The notes under the pieces: model-generated | Seen by the model: only the letters and a program-made list of their open reading frames with translations | What the model was told of the DNA's origin: nothing | The model's database searches: none | Program-made: the position numbers and the translations under genes | Source: Planctomycetota bacterium | Lineage (GTDB): Bacteria; Planctomycetota; UBA11346 | Assembly (NCBI GenBank): GCA_038213805.1 | Contig: JBBQSO010000002.1 | Location: 32,001-96,000, forward strand | Direction of reading: 5' to 3' | Length of the DNA stretch: 64,000 nt | Shown here: piece by piece, positions 30,382-39,490 of the stretch | Numbering within the stretch: position 1 is the stretch's first letter | Layout: each line of letters opens with the position of its first letter

Positions 30382-32028
30382 TCATGGCTGCACCAGGAAG
30401 GGCGTGGCGGTTGGCGAGGTGGCGCGCAGTTCAGCCGTTCTCCTCATCCGGTCGACTTCGGCCATACGGGACCGCGCGGCATCGAGCACCGCCCGCTGCG
30501 CGGCGTCGAAGGTGCAGGTGCTGCAGTACAGCAGACGGTCCGCAGCGGTCCACCAGGGCTGCCGCTCCGCGACCGACAGGAACATGGGCATCGGGCCATG
30601 CTCGGCCGCGGCGATGAGGGCGATCAACGCGGCCACGCCCGCCGGCCGGCCGTGGTTCGCGATCAGGCTGATCGCCTCCCACCGGACCTCCTCGTCCGCA
30701 TCGGTCATGGCGGGAAGCGCGAGGCGATCGGCTTCGAGATCGCACATGGGCCGGAGCGCCCGCAGCGCACTGGCACGCACCCTCGCTGCTGGATCGGAAC
30801 ACGCCGCGACCAGCGCCGGCGGCGCCGCGGTGGAAAGCCCCAGGCCCAGCGTGCAGGCCGCGGCCACTCGTATCTGCACGTCGATCTCGGCCCGGGGGCC
30901 GGCGAGCGCCTCGCACATGGTCGTGACGAATACTGGATCCGTGCAGTCACGGAGATGACGGATGGCGGAGCAGCGGGTTTCCGGGTCCCAGGCGCGCGCG
31001 CGCAGCAGGCGGATCAGACTCTGTTCCACCTGCAGGTCCCGCACGTTCTCCAACACCCGCACGACCTCCTTCCGGCTGGGACCAGATCGGGGCTCCAGAA
31101 GGCGGAGCAGCGCGGGCACCAGCGCCGCGGTGGCACCTGGGGCGGTTTCATCGAGCCCGCACAGCACCGCTCCGGCATATTCCCGCACCTTCCCGTCCTC
31201 ATCGACCAGGCGCGGGACGAGCGCTGGGAGCTCGTCCCGCGCACCCAATCGCGCGATGATCCACACCGCTGCGATCCGCCAGGCCGGCCTGGAGGACGCC
31301 AGCAGCGGCCGGGCCTCGGCGCAGATCACCGCGCGGTCTCCAGTGCCGCGCATGCGGTCGAGCAACGCGCCGAAGTCGAAGCGCGTGTAGTCGCCGTCAT
31401 AGTCCCGCTGAAAGAACACCTTTGCCACTGGCAGGAGGGCGTGGCGGCCGCCGTGTGCGCACAACCAGTCCAGGAGCGGCTCCTCATCCACTCCAGTTGC
31501 TCCAGCGTGCGCGAGACCAGCCACCACCGCGGGCGTGGCCCCGGGGTCATCGACCGCATGGAGCGCCCGCTCGGCCGTCCCGGCCTCGTCCAGGTGGTCA
31601 GCATCCATCAGCTCGATCAGTCGCGGCGCTGCTGGTCCGTAGCTTATGTACTGCAACCCTTCGAGCGCGAGCAAGCGGATGTCGAGCACGCTGTCGTGCA
31701 GTCCAGCCTCCAGCCCAGGACCGGCGCGCTGCCCGAGCGCACGGATCCGCACGGCGAATCCGCTCGAGGGTTCCTGCAACGTGTAACGCAGCTGCCGCTC
31801 GGCGCGCAGCATCGGCCCCACCCACGGAGAGTGCTGGACCACCCACTCCGGCGCCCATTCCGGCAGGCAATACCAGGACACACCCGCCGCCACGGTCATC
31901 AGAATGCCCAACACCGCCGCGGACGCGACCAGCCAAGCGACGACGCGACGACGTTGTGCCGCGTTTCCCGCCGCAGCCGCCCACGTCACCACCGCCTGAT
32001 TGCCATCTCCCGTCGAGCGCTTGCCCAT
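30382..32028 (-). CDS. Membrane-anchored HEAT-repeat protein (paralogue 3)
   Basis: N-terminal TM, LPEWAPEWVVQHSPWVGPMLRA, HEAT units; start 32028 chosen from the upstream motif shared with paralogue 2. Confidence 0.85.
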   Translation of the reverse strand: MGKRSTGDGNQAVVTWAAAAGNAAQRRRVVAWLVASAAVLGILMTVAAGVSWYCLPEWAPEWVVQHSPWVGPMLRAERQLRYTLQEPSSGFAVRIRALGQRAGPGLEAGLHDSVLDIRLLALEGLQYISYGPAAPRLIELMDADHLDEAGTAERALHAVDDPGATPAVVAGLAHAGATGVDEEPLLDWLCAHGGRHALLPVAKVFFQRDYDGDYTRFDFGALLDRMRGTGDRAVICAEARPLLASSRPAWRIAAVWIIARLGARDELPALVPRLVDEDGKVREYAGAVLCGLDETAPGATAALVPALLRLLEPRSGPSRKEVVRVLENVRDLQVEQSLIRLLRARAWDPETRCSAIRHLRDCTDPVFVTTMCEALAGPRAEIDVQIRVAAACTLGLGLSTAAPPALVAACSDPAARVRASALRALRPMCDLEADRLALPAMTDADEEVRWEAISLIANHGRPAGVAALIALIAAAEHGPMPMFLSVAERQPWWTAADRLLYCSTCTFDAAQRAVLDAARSRMAEVDRMRRTAELRATSPTATPFLVQP

Positions 32029-32082
32029 GCCGTACATTCGCCAGCGGCGTCGACGGTCAATCCCTGCTTCGAATGTGCATGA

Positions 32083-32169
32083 ATCGCCTACGGACCGCGA
32101 TTCCTGCCGGTCGGCATCGCTGGTGGATTCGCGGGCTCAGGCCGGCAGGAATCGCGGACCGTAGGCGAT
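32083..32169. repeat. 28-bp inverted repeat (REP-like)
   Basis: ATCGCCTACGGACCGCGATTCCTGCCGG (32083-32110) versus 32142-32169, 1 mismatch. Confidence 0.85.
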
Positions 32170-32190
32170 GAGATTTATAACGCGTCAAGT

Positions 32191-32238
32191 CCCAGGGCTC
32201 ACGCCCTGGGCTAGCTTCTGCCGCCCGCTCCGCGGGCT
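32191..32238 (-). repeat. REP-like unit, same family as 5404-5451
   Basis: Reverse complement reads AGCCCGCGGAGCGGGCG...TAGCCCAGGGCGTGAGCCCTGGG. Confidence 0.88.
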
Positions 32239-32302
32239 CATCCACGGTGACGCAGCGGTGCCCGCGTGACCGCCTGTCTCTCGTTCCCGACCCGGTGTCC
32301 TA

Positions 32303-32351
32303 TGCCTCGTGCCTCGCGCCTCGCGCCTCGCGCCTCGCACTCCGCACACCG
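32303..32351. repeat. Degenerate heptamer tandem repeat (YGCCTCG drifting to CACWCCG), about 7 units
   Basis: Counted directly, just downstream of the trpE stop. Confidence 0.85.
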
Positions 32352-32365
32352 CACCTACCTTCCCC

Positions 32366-33838
32366 TCAGAACTGCCCCGCCCGCGCGATCGCCAGCAGCG
32401 TCGCCCGCGCCTTGCGCAGGGTCTCTTCATACTCGCTCGCCGGCACGCTGTCCGCGACCACGCCGGCGCCGGCCTGCACGTGGACCTCGCCGTTGGCGAT
32501 GATCGCGGTGCGCAGGGCGATGCAGGTGTCGAGGTTGCCGCGGAAGTCGAGGTAGCCGACCGCGCCCGCGTATGGCCCGCGCTTCACCGGTTCGAGCTGG
32601 TCGATGATCTGCATCGCGCGCACCTTCGGCGCGCCGCTGACGGTGCCGGCGGGGTGGCAGGCGCGCAGCGCGTCGAGCGCGTCGAGGTCGTCGCGCAGCT
32701 CGCCCTCGACGTGGCTGACGATGTGCTGGACGTGGCTGTAGCGCTCGATGACCATCTTCTCGGTCAGGTGCACCGTACCCGGCTTGCACACCCGCCCGAC
32801 GTCGTTGCGGCCGAGGTCGATGAGCATGGTGTGCTCGGCGACCTCCTTGGGATCGGCGAGCAGCGCCGCGGCGAGGCGCTCGTCCTCCTCCGCGGTCTGG
32901 CCGCGCAGCGCGGTGCCGGCGATCGGGCGCACTGCGACACGGCCCTGATCGACGCGCACCAGCAGCTCGGGGCTGGCGCCGACCAGCGCGGCCGGACCGT
33001 GCTTGAGGAAGAACAGGTACGGGCTGGGATTCAGGCTGCGCAGGCTGCGGTAGATCTGGAAGGGCGTGACCGCGCACGGCGCGGACAGGCGCTGGCTGAG
33101 CACCACCTGGAAGGCGTCGCCCGCCTTCACGAACTCCTGGATGCGGCCCACGGCCGTCTCGAAGTCGGCCTGGCTGGTGTGCGCGCGGTAGACCGGGTCG
33201 CTGCCCGGCACCGGCTCGACCAAGCGCATCGACGCGGGTTTCTCGAGGCGCATCTGCATAGCGTCAAGCTCGCGCTCCGCCGCGGCGTAGGCGTCCACGA
33301 CCGTGGCGCCGCCGCTGAGATCGAGGTGGGTGATCAGCAGCAGGTGGTTGTAGCTGTGGTCGAAGACCAGCACGGTGTCGTAGCGGCACAGGTGCAGGTC
33401 GGGCAGTCCAAGCAGGTCCGGCGGGCAGTGCGGCAGCGGTTCGCTGCTGCGCACGGTATCGTACGACCAGTAGCCGACCAGCCCGCCCGAGAAGCGCGGC
33501 AGGCCAGGCAGGTGCGGGCTCTTCAGCTTGGCCGCATAGGCGCGCACCGCTGCGTGGGGATCACCGGCCAGCGCCTCGGTCGAGCCGTCCTGGCGGTGCA
33601 GCACGACCTGCCGCAGGTCGCCGACCAGGCGCGCCCGCGGCCGGCAGCCCAGCATGCTGTAGCGCGCGACCCGCTCGCCGCCAACCACGCTCTCGAAGAG
33701 GAAGGCGTAGGGTTCATCCTGGAGGCGTGCCAGCGCGCCCACCGGGGTGAGGTCGTCCGCGACCAGGCGGCGCACCACCGGGATGAGGGTGAAGCCCTGG
33801 TCGGCGAAGGTCTGGCAGGCGGTGCGGTCGGGGGTCAT
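32366..33838 (-). CDS. trpE: Anthranilate synthase component I
   Basis: FLFES, GDAFQVVLSQR, NPSPYL, GASPELL, RPIAGT, EHTMLIDLGRNDVG, PAGTVSGAPK and QAGAGVVADS. Confidence 0.96.
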   Translation of the reverse strand: MTPDRTACQTFADQGFTLIPVVRRLVADDLTPVGALARLQDEPYAFLFESVVGGERVARYSMLGCRPRARLVGDLRQVVLHRQDGSTEALAGDPHAAVRAYAAKLKSPHLPGLPRFSGGLVGYWSYDTVRSSEPLPHCPPDLLGLPDLHLCRYDTVLVFDHSYNHLLLITHLDLSGGATVVDAYAAAERELDAMQMRLEKPASMRLVEPVPGSDPVYRAHTSQADFETAVGRIQEFVKAGDAFQVVLSQRLSAPCAVTPFQIYRSLRSLNPSPYLFFLKHGPAALVGASPELLVRVDQGRVAVRPIAGTALRGQTAEEDERLAAALLADPKEVAEHTMLIDLGRNDVGRVCKPGTVHLTEKMVIERYSHVQHIVSHVEGELRDDLDALDALRACHPAGTVSGAPKVRAMQIIDQLEPVKRGPYAGAVGYLDFRGNLDTCIALRTAIIANGEVHVQAGAGVVADSVPASEYEETLRKARATLLAIARAGQF

Positions 33839-34301
33839 GGCTGTGGAGATGGGCTGGCGGGGGGTGCGGTGGCAGAGGGAGGACGGGCAGCAGATGGCAG
33901 AATTGCGGGTCCGAAAGGCAGGAGACGATAGTCCGGGCCAATGGTATCGACACGCAACAACGGCGTTCGGGCTGGTCGTGCCACCCTACCGGCGGCTGGC
34001 AAAAGTCGAACCCCGTCCGGGCGGCGGAACTCGGGATGTGACAGGCGAATCCCACGATTCTCCAGAGGCTGGCGTCGAGCGACACGCCCCGGTTCGACCC
34101 CCCTGACACACTGTCGGGAAAAAAGACAATTGAATCAGTTTGCCTGCTATCCATCATTCGCGCCTGATCAGCGGAGCAGCTGGCGGACGGCGGGGTCATC
34201 CCCATCCCACACGCCGTACGTTTCGCCTGCCTCGACCGTCAGCCCTGTGTGGGGGTTGATGGTGCCGCTGGAAACGCTTCACCCCCTTAGGAGGGTTTCA
34301 C

Positions 34302-35540
34302 GTGAATCTTCGTCACCTTGTGCCCGTTATGGGCGTCCTCGCCATCACCGCTGGTTCCAGCGTCTTCGCCGAAGACAAGGGCCCGAGCGTCTCGTTCTCC
34401 GGCTGGTCTGATAACTTCATGACCGTCAGCAACGCGAACAACCCGCAGAACAACGCTGCCACCGCCAAGAATGACAAGGCCACCGAGGTCGGCTTCGCCA
34501 CCACGGAGAGCCTGAAGGCCAACGTCAAGATCGGCGATGGCGTCACCGGCAAGATCAACCTCTTCCTGCACCCGACCGGCAACAACGCCAGCACCGTTGA
34601 TATCCGCGAAGGCTACATGGCGTGGGCGTTCAACCCCGACTGGACCTTCACCGCCGGCAAGTACATCAACCACATCGGCTGGCTGTCGCCCGAGCCCACC
34701 GGCCTGTACACCCCGAATGCCTCGCTCATCGGTTACCAGAGCGGCGTTGCGGCTGGCTCGGTTGCCGGCCAGGCCCGCCTCTACGGCTACGCCAACGACG
34801 TCACCGGTATCAACTTCGCCTACGCCTCCAAGGACACCCCGCTGAGCGGTTCAGTCCACCTCGTCAACGGCTACTTCAACGGCGGCGATGCCAACAGCAT
34901 CGGCCCCGTGAGCAGCCTGGGCGCTGGCAATGCCAACAAGCCGACTACCCGCGAGAACGCGGATCTGGGCTACGGCCTCGATCTGACCTTCGCCCTCCCG
35001 AAGGACATGGGTTACATCGACTTCGACTTCGCCTACGACCCCCACGGCGGTTCGAATGCCGGGAATACCGTCGGTCCCGTGACCACCGGTCTCGGCGGCG
35101 ACGTGCTGCTGCTCGGCCTCAACGCCACGCTCAAGCCCGCTGAAGGCTGGCTGCTCGGCGCTGAAGTGATCTACACCCAGACCGGCAAGGGCAAGAACAG
35201 CGCCAAGACGTCGGTCGACAACTCGGATTTCACCACCACGCAGGGCATGCTGCTGGCGAATTACGCCCTGCCCAAGGGTTCCGTGTCGATCCCGGTGTCG
35301 CTCACGGCGCTCGCTCAGATCTGGCAGGACAAGTTCAAGACCGGCGCTCCCGGCCTTGGCGCCAATGGCACCGGACCCGGCGCGCGCGAGATCGCCGTGG
35401 CCGTGCTGACCAACCCGACCAGCTCGGCGAACTTCGGCCTCAACGCCGAACTCGCGTTCACCAGCTTCGACAGCAAGGTGGCCGGCACGGACAAGGTCAA
35501 CGCCACGATCTTCTCGATCGAGGCGCTCATCGCGTTCTGA
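34302..35540 (+). CDS. Outer-membrane beta-barrel porin (BBP2/porin-like)
   Basis: Signal peptide, alternating amphipathic strands, C-terminal Phe (IEALIAF), AGGAGG SD before the GTG. Confidence 0.75.
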   Translation: MNLRHLVPVMGVLAITAGSSVFAEDKGPSVSFSGWSDNFMTVSNANNPQNNAATAKNDKATEVGFATTESLKANVKIGDGVTGKINLFLHPTGNNASTVDIREGYMAWAFNPDWTFTAGKYINHIGWLSPEPTGLYTPNASLIGYQSGVAAGSVAGQARLYGYANDVTGINFAYASKDTPLSGSVHLVNGYFNGGDANSIGPVSSLGAGNANKPTTRENADLGYGLDLTFALPKDMGYIDFDFAYDPHGGSNAGNTVGPVTTGLGGDVLLLGLNATLKPAEGWLLGAEVIYTQTGKGKNSAKTSVDNSDFTTTQGMLLANYALPKGSVSIPVSLTALAQIWQDKFKTGAPGLGANGTGPGAREIAVAVLTNPTSSANFGLNAELAFTSFDSKVAGTDKVNATIFSIEALIAF

Positions 35541-35579
35541 TTCCGAACTCCGACGGTTTCGACCGTTTGATTTCTGCGG

Positions 35580-35612
35580 CCCCCGGTGGAAACACCGGGG
35601 GTTGTTGTTTTT
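35580..35612 (+). terminator. Rho-independent terminator of the porin gene
   Basis: CCCCCGGTG-GAAA-CACCGGGGG followed by TTGTTGTTTTT. Confidence 0.9.
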
Positions 35613-35811
35613 CTGCTTCTCGGCGCGCACCTGGGCCTTGATCACCCCTCGGGCACGCCCGCTACGGTGGACCGATGCCGTTCTCGGAAGTGGCTGCTCG
35701 CCCGCTGCGCCATTCAGCATTAAGCGCATCATTCGCTCTCTATTTGACCATGGAGCCACGACCAACCCTCGGGTAGTGCTGCACGGGTGTGCACATCCGG
35801 CCATTTCCCCT

Positions 35812-35827
35812 CGGCACCATAGTTGCA
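35812..35827 (+). promoter_or_regulatory. Sigma-54 (-24/-12) promoter of the urt/ure operon
   Basis: CGGCAC-CATAG-TTGCA gives GG-N10-GC, about 140 nt upstream of urtA. Confidence 0.75.
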
Positions 35828-35965
35828 CTGCAGCCGCGGATCCTGGGCGCATCTCCTGATGGGGATGGCGGCCTCCAGCCCCCGCGGACGGGGCCGAGCG
35901 CCTGCTCGGGACCAGACACACCCCGTGGTGGCTCCTCGCGCCGCCCGCCTGCCGGAGAATACCTG

Positions 35966-37240
35966 ATGACCAGTCCCACCAACTCACGCCGCAGCGAGCT
36001 GAAGCGCCGCAGCCTGTTGAAAGTCCTCGCCATCGGCGCGGTGGCGAGCCTCGGCTTCGCGCCCGCTTTGAATGCGGCGGACACCGTCAAGATCGGCGTC
36101 CTGCATTCGCTCAGCGGCACCATGGCCATTTCCGAGATCTCCTGCAAGGACGGCACCCTGCTCGCCGTCGACGAGATCAACGCCAAGGGCGGCGTGCTCG
36201 GCAAGATGATCACCCCGGTGGTGGTCGACCCCGCGTCGAACTGGGATCTGTTCGCCGAGAAGGCCAAGCAGCTGGTCACCCAGGACAAGGTCGCCGTGAC
36301 CTTCGGCTGCTGGACCTCGGTGAGCCGCAAGTCGGTGCTGCCGGTCTACGAGTCGAACAACGCCCTGCTCTTCTACCCGGTGCAGTACGAGGGTGAAGAG
36401 CAGTCGCTGAACGTGTTCTACACCGCCGCGTCGCCCAACGAGCAGCTAGTGCCCGCGGCCGAGTACCTGCTCTCGGAAGAGGGCGGCGGCTACAAGAAGT
36501 TCTACCTGCTCGGCACGGACTACGTCTTCCCGCGCACCGCGAACAAGGTGCTCAAGGCCTTCCTCAAGGCCAAGGGCGTGCCCGATGAGAACGTGGTCGA
36601 GGAGTACACTCCGTTCCACCACCAGGACTACCAGACCATTGTCGGCAAGATCAAGGAGCTGGCCAAGGGCGGCAAGGCGTGCGTCCTGTCGACCATCAAT
36701 GGCGACTCGAACGTGCCCTTCTACAAGGAATTCGCCAACCAGGGCCTGACCGCGGCCGACTGCCCGATCATGGCCTTCTCGGTCGCCGAGGACGAACTGC
36801 GCGCCATGGACGTTCCGCCGCTGGTCGGCCACCTGGCCGCGTGGAACTACTTCATGAACATCGACACCCCGGCGAACAAGAAGTTCATCGCCGCGTTCAA
36901 GAAGAAGTACGGCGCCGATCGCGTGGTCGATGACCCCATCGAGGCCGCCTACTACGGCGTCTACGTGTGGGCCGCTGCCTGCGAAAAGGCCAAGAGCTTC
37001 GACGTCGACAAGGTGCGCGCCGCGGTCTACGGCCTCGAATTCGACGCGCCGGGCGGCAAGAAGAAGATGGACGAGAAGAACCAGCACACCTGGAAGCCCG
37101 TCATCATCGGCGAGATCCTCAAGGACGGCCAGTTCAAGACGGTGTGGCAGTCCAAGGGCCTGGTCCATCCGGACAGCTACAGCGCCTACCTGTGGCCCGA
37201 CGCCAGCAAGACCCCCAAGCCCACCGGCGGCCCCAAGTAA
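35966..37240 (+). CDS. urtA: Urea ABC transporter substrate-binding protein
   Basis: KIGVLHSLSGTMAISE, FGCWTSVSRK, YPVQYEGEE, DYVFPRT and NGDSN; RRSLLK Tat-like leader. Confidence 0.96.
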   Translation: MTSPTNSRRSELKRRSLLKVLAIGAVASLGFAPALNAADTVKIGVLHSLSGTMAISEISCKDGTLLAVDEINAKGGVLGKMITPVVVDPASNWDLFAEKAKQLVTQDKVAVTFGCWTSVSRKSVLPVYESNNALLFYPVQYEGEEQSLNVFYTAASPNEQLVPAAEYLLSEEGGGYKKFYLLGTDYVFPRTANKVLKAFLKAKGVPDENVVEEYTPFHHQDYQTIVGKIKELAKGGKACVLSTINGDSNVPFYKEFANQGLTAADCPIMAFSVAEDELRAMDVPPLVGHLAAWNYFMNIDTPANKKFIAAFKKKYGADRVVDDPIEAAYYGVYVWAAACEKAKSFDVDKVRAAVYGLEFDAPGGKKKMDEKNQHTWKPVIIGEILKDGQFKTVWQSKGLVHPDSYSAYLWPDASKTPKPTGGPK

Positions 37241-37254
37241 TCCCTTCGTGGCGG

Positions 37255-37287
37255 GAGCCGGCCCATCGGTGTGGGATGGGCCGGTTT
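37255..37287 (+). terminator. Strong hairpin after urtA (stabiliser or partial terminator)
   Basis: GAGCCGGCCCATC...GATGGGCCGGTTT with a weak U tail. Confidence 0.6.
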
Positions 37288-37671
37288 CCTTCCCGTATGT
37301 TTCCGCATCCAAGCCGCCCGGCGCGCATGCCGGGCGGTGATCCCCCCGACGACGGCTTGGAACCGCGTCGGGTGTGATCGCTTGAATTGAGACTCCCTCG
37401 CTGCTCGCTGATCAGCGCGCGCCATCCGAATGCGGAGTCAAACCCACATGCGCAGCCGTCCCGTGCACAGCCAGCGTCCGATCACGCGTCGCGCGGCCTG
37501 CACGCGCTTCCCGTTGCCGGTGACCACCCGTCAACGCGTCGTGAAACGGATCCTGCGCCGACGCCCCGGACCACGTCGCCCTCGCGAGTGATCGCACCCA
37601 CGATCGTCCCGCCCGCTCACCCATGAGTCGCCCGCTGCGCCCCATGCGCACGGATCGGATGATCCCCCTCT

Positions 37672-37719
37672 TTTTTATTTCCTTATTCCCTTGCTCCTCT
37701 GCTCCCTTGCTCCCCGTTT
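37672..37719. repeat. Pyrimidine-rich degenerate octamer tandem repeat (CCCTTGCT-like)
   Basis: TTTTTATT TCCTTATT CCCTTGCT CCTCTGCT CCCTTGCT, upstream of urtB. Confidence 0.7.
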
Positions 37720-37762
37720 TCTCATTTCCCCCTTCCCCGTCCCCGCTCTCCACCGGACGCCC

Positions 37763-39490
37763 ATGACCCTCCCCAGTCCGCAGTCGCGGGCGCACGGCGC
37801 GCGCTGGCTGCTGCTCCTGCTCTGGATGCTGCCCATCTGGGCGCCGGCGCCCGCCCCCCTGCTCGCCGCCGAGACCGCGCCGCCCGCTGCGAGCGCCCCG
37901 AGCTCGGTGGACGATGCGCTGCTGGCGCTCATGGCGGCCGAAGGCCCGGCGCGCCGGGCCGCGATCGAAAGCCTTGGACGCAGCCGCGACATGCGCCTGG
38001 TGCCGTTCTTCAAGGACTACAACAGCGGCAACATCTACGCTTGGCAGGGCCGCCTGGTCCTAGTTCCCGACCTGGTCGATGACGGCAAGGACGGCAAACA
38101 GGGCGCGGCCCTCGACCCACTGACCCGCCAGCCGCTCGCCGGCGCGCCGGTCATCGCCAAGGGCGACCTCACCGAGCTGACCATCAGCAACCCGCGCGAG
38201 CGGACCTGGGCGCGGGCGGCGATGACCATGCTGAACCTCAGCGATCCCGACGGCGACCGCCGGCTCGCCGCCGTGGTCAAGGCCGGCGACAGCGCAAGCG
38301 CCGCCAACCTCGCCGCGCTGCGCGCGCTCGCCACGACGGAAACCAACCCGCGCGTCAGGACCGCGATCATCGAAAGCGAGCTGCTCAATGTGCTGGCCGA
38401 CGCCAGCGGCGCCAAGCCCGGCACGCCGGCCGGCGACACGCGGCTGGCGGCGGTGGTCAAGCTCGGGCAGCTGGGGTCGTCGCGGGCGCGCTCGGCGATC
38501 CGCGAGATCGCTGCGAAGAAGCCGGACGAGGCGCTGACTGCGGCCTGCGACTCCGCGCTTCGATCGATTGAGCGTTGGCAACAGGTGGCGCGCGGCGTCG
38601 GCTACGTGTTCAGCGGCCTTTCGCAGGGCTCGGTGCTGGTGCTGATGGCGCTGGGCCTGTCGATCATCTTCGGATTGATGGGCGTGATCAACATGGCGCA
38701 CGGTGAACTGATGATGATCGGCGCCTATTCCACCTACCTGACCCAGCAGCTATTCGTGAAATTCCTGCCGGCGTCACTCTTTGACTGGTACTTCCCGGTG
38801 GCCATACCGGTCGCGTTCATCATCGCGGCGGTGTTCGGCTGGCTGATCGAGCTGCTCGTCATCCGCCATCTCTACGGGCGGCCGCTCGAAACCCTGCTCG
38901 CGACCTTCGGCGTGTCGCTGATCCTCACCCAGCTGGTGCGCGTCACCATCGGCGACAACATCGCGGTCAACAGCCCGTCGTGGCTGCAGGGTGGCGTCGA
39001 GGTCATGCAGGACGTGACCCTGCCGTGGAACCGCCTGTTCATCCTGCTGTTCTGCGCGGTCTGCATCGGCCTGATGTACTGGCTGATCGAGCGCACCAAG
39101 CTCGGGCTGCTGCTGCGCGCCACCACCCAGAACCGCAACATGGCCGCCGCGCTGGGCGTACCGACGCGGCGCATCGATGGCTACACCTTCGCGCTGGGCG
39201 CGGGCCTGGCCGGGCTGGCCGGCTGCGCGCTGACCCAGATCGGCGGCGTCAGCCCGGACATGGGCCAGAACTACATCGTCGACTCCTTCCTGGTCGTGGT
39301 CACCGGCGGCGTCGGCAAGCTCGCCGGCGCGATCTGGGCGGGCATGGGGTTGGGCTGCCTCAACAAGGTCTTCGAGCCGTTCACCGAGTCGGTGTGGGCC
39401 AAGGTGCTGATCCTCGCCGCGGTGGTGGTGTTCATGCAGTGGCGTCCGTCTGGATTGTTCCCGGCGAAAGGACGGATGGCCGATGCGTGA
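37763..39490 (+). CDS. urtB: Urea ABC transporter permease UrtB with periplasmic N-terminal extension
   Basis: GLSIIFGLMGVINMAHGELMM, LYGRPLETLLATFG and YIVDSFLVVVTGGVG. Confidence 0.95.
   Translation: MTLPSPQSRAHGARWLLLLLWMLPIWAPAPAPLLAAETAPPAASAPSSVDDALLALMAAEGPARRAAIESLGRSRDMRLVPFFKDYNSGNIYAWQGRLVLVPDLVDDGKDGKQGAALDPLTRQPLAGAPVIAKGDLTELTISNPRERTWARAAMTMLNLSDPDGDRRLAAVVKAGDSASAANLAALRALATTETNPRVRTAIIESELLNVLADASGAKPGTPAGDTRLAAVVKLGQLGSSRARSAIREIAAKKPDEALTAACDSALRSIERWQQVARGVGYVFSGLSQGSVLVLMALGLSIIFGLMGVINMAHGELMMIGAYSTYLTQQLFVKFLPASLFDWYFPVAIPVAFIIAAVFGWLIELLVIRHLYGRPLETLLATFGVSLILTQLVRVTIGDNIAVNSPSWLQGGVEVMQDVTLPWNRLFILLFCAVCIGLMYWLIERTKLGLLLRATTQNRNMAAALGVPTRRIDGYTFALGAGLAGLAGCALTQIGGVSPDMGQNYIVDSFLVVVTGGVGKLAGAIWAGMGLGCLNKVFEPFTESVWAKVLILAAVVVFMQWRPSGLFPAKGRMADA

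Noticed and set aside
32366..33940. trp attenuator or leader peptide upstream of trpE
   Set aside because: No short Trp-codon-rich ORF or U-tailed terminator was seen upstream on the minus strand.
34070..34110. GGTTCGACCC resembling a tRNA T-loop
   Set aside because: The T-stem does not pair and no acceptor, D or anticodon arms can be built.
35780..35793. TGCAC-GGGT-GTGCA as an NtrC site
   Set aside because: Half-site spacing is 4 nt instead of the canonical 7, and it is too close to the -24 element for a typical enhancer.
35835..35965. Tandem hairpins in the urtA leader as ANTAR or guanidine riboswitch
   Set aside because: Loops do not match the ANTAR AxxG hexaloop or paired ACGR loops; hairpins are expected at this GC content.
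37763..38580. Long HEAT-like N-terminal extension of UrtB as a novelty
   Set aside because: Periplasmic N-terminal extensions are common in UrtB proteins of diderm bacteria.
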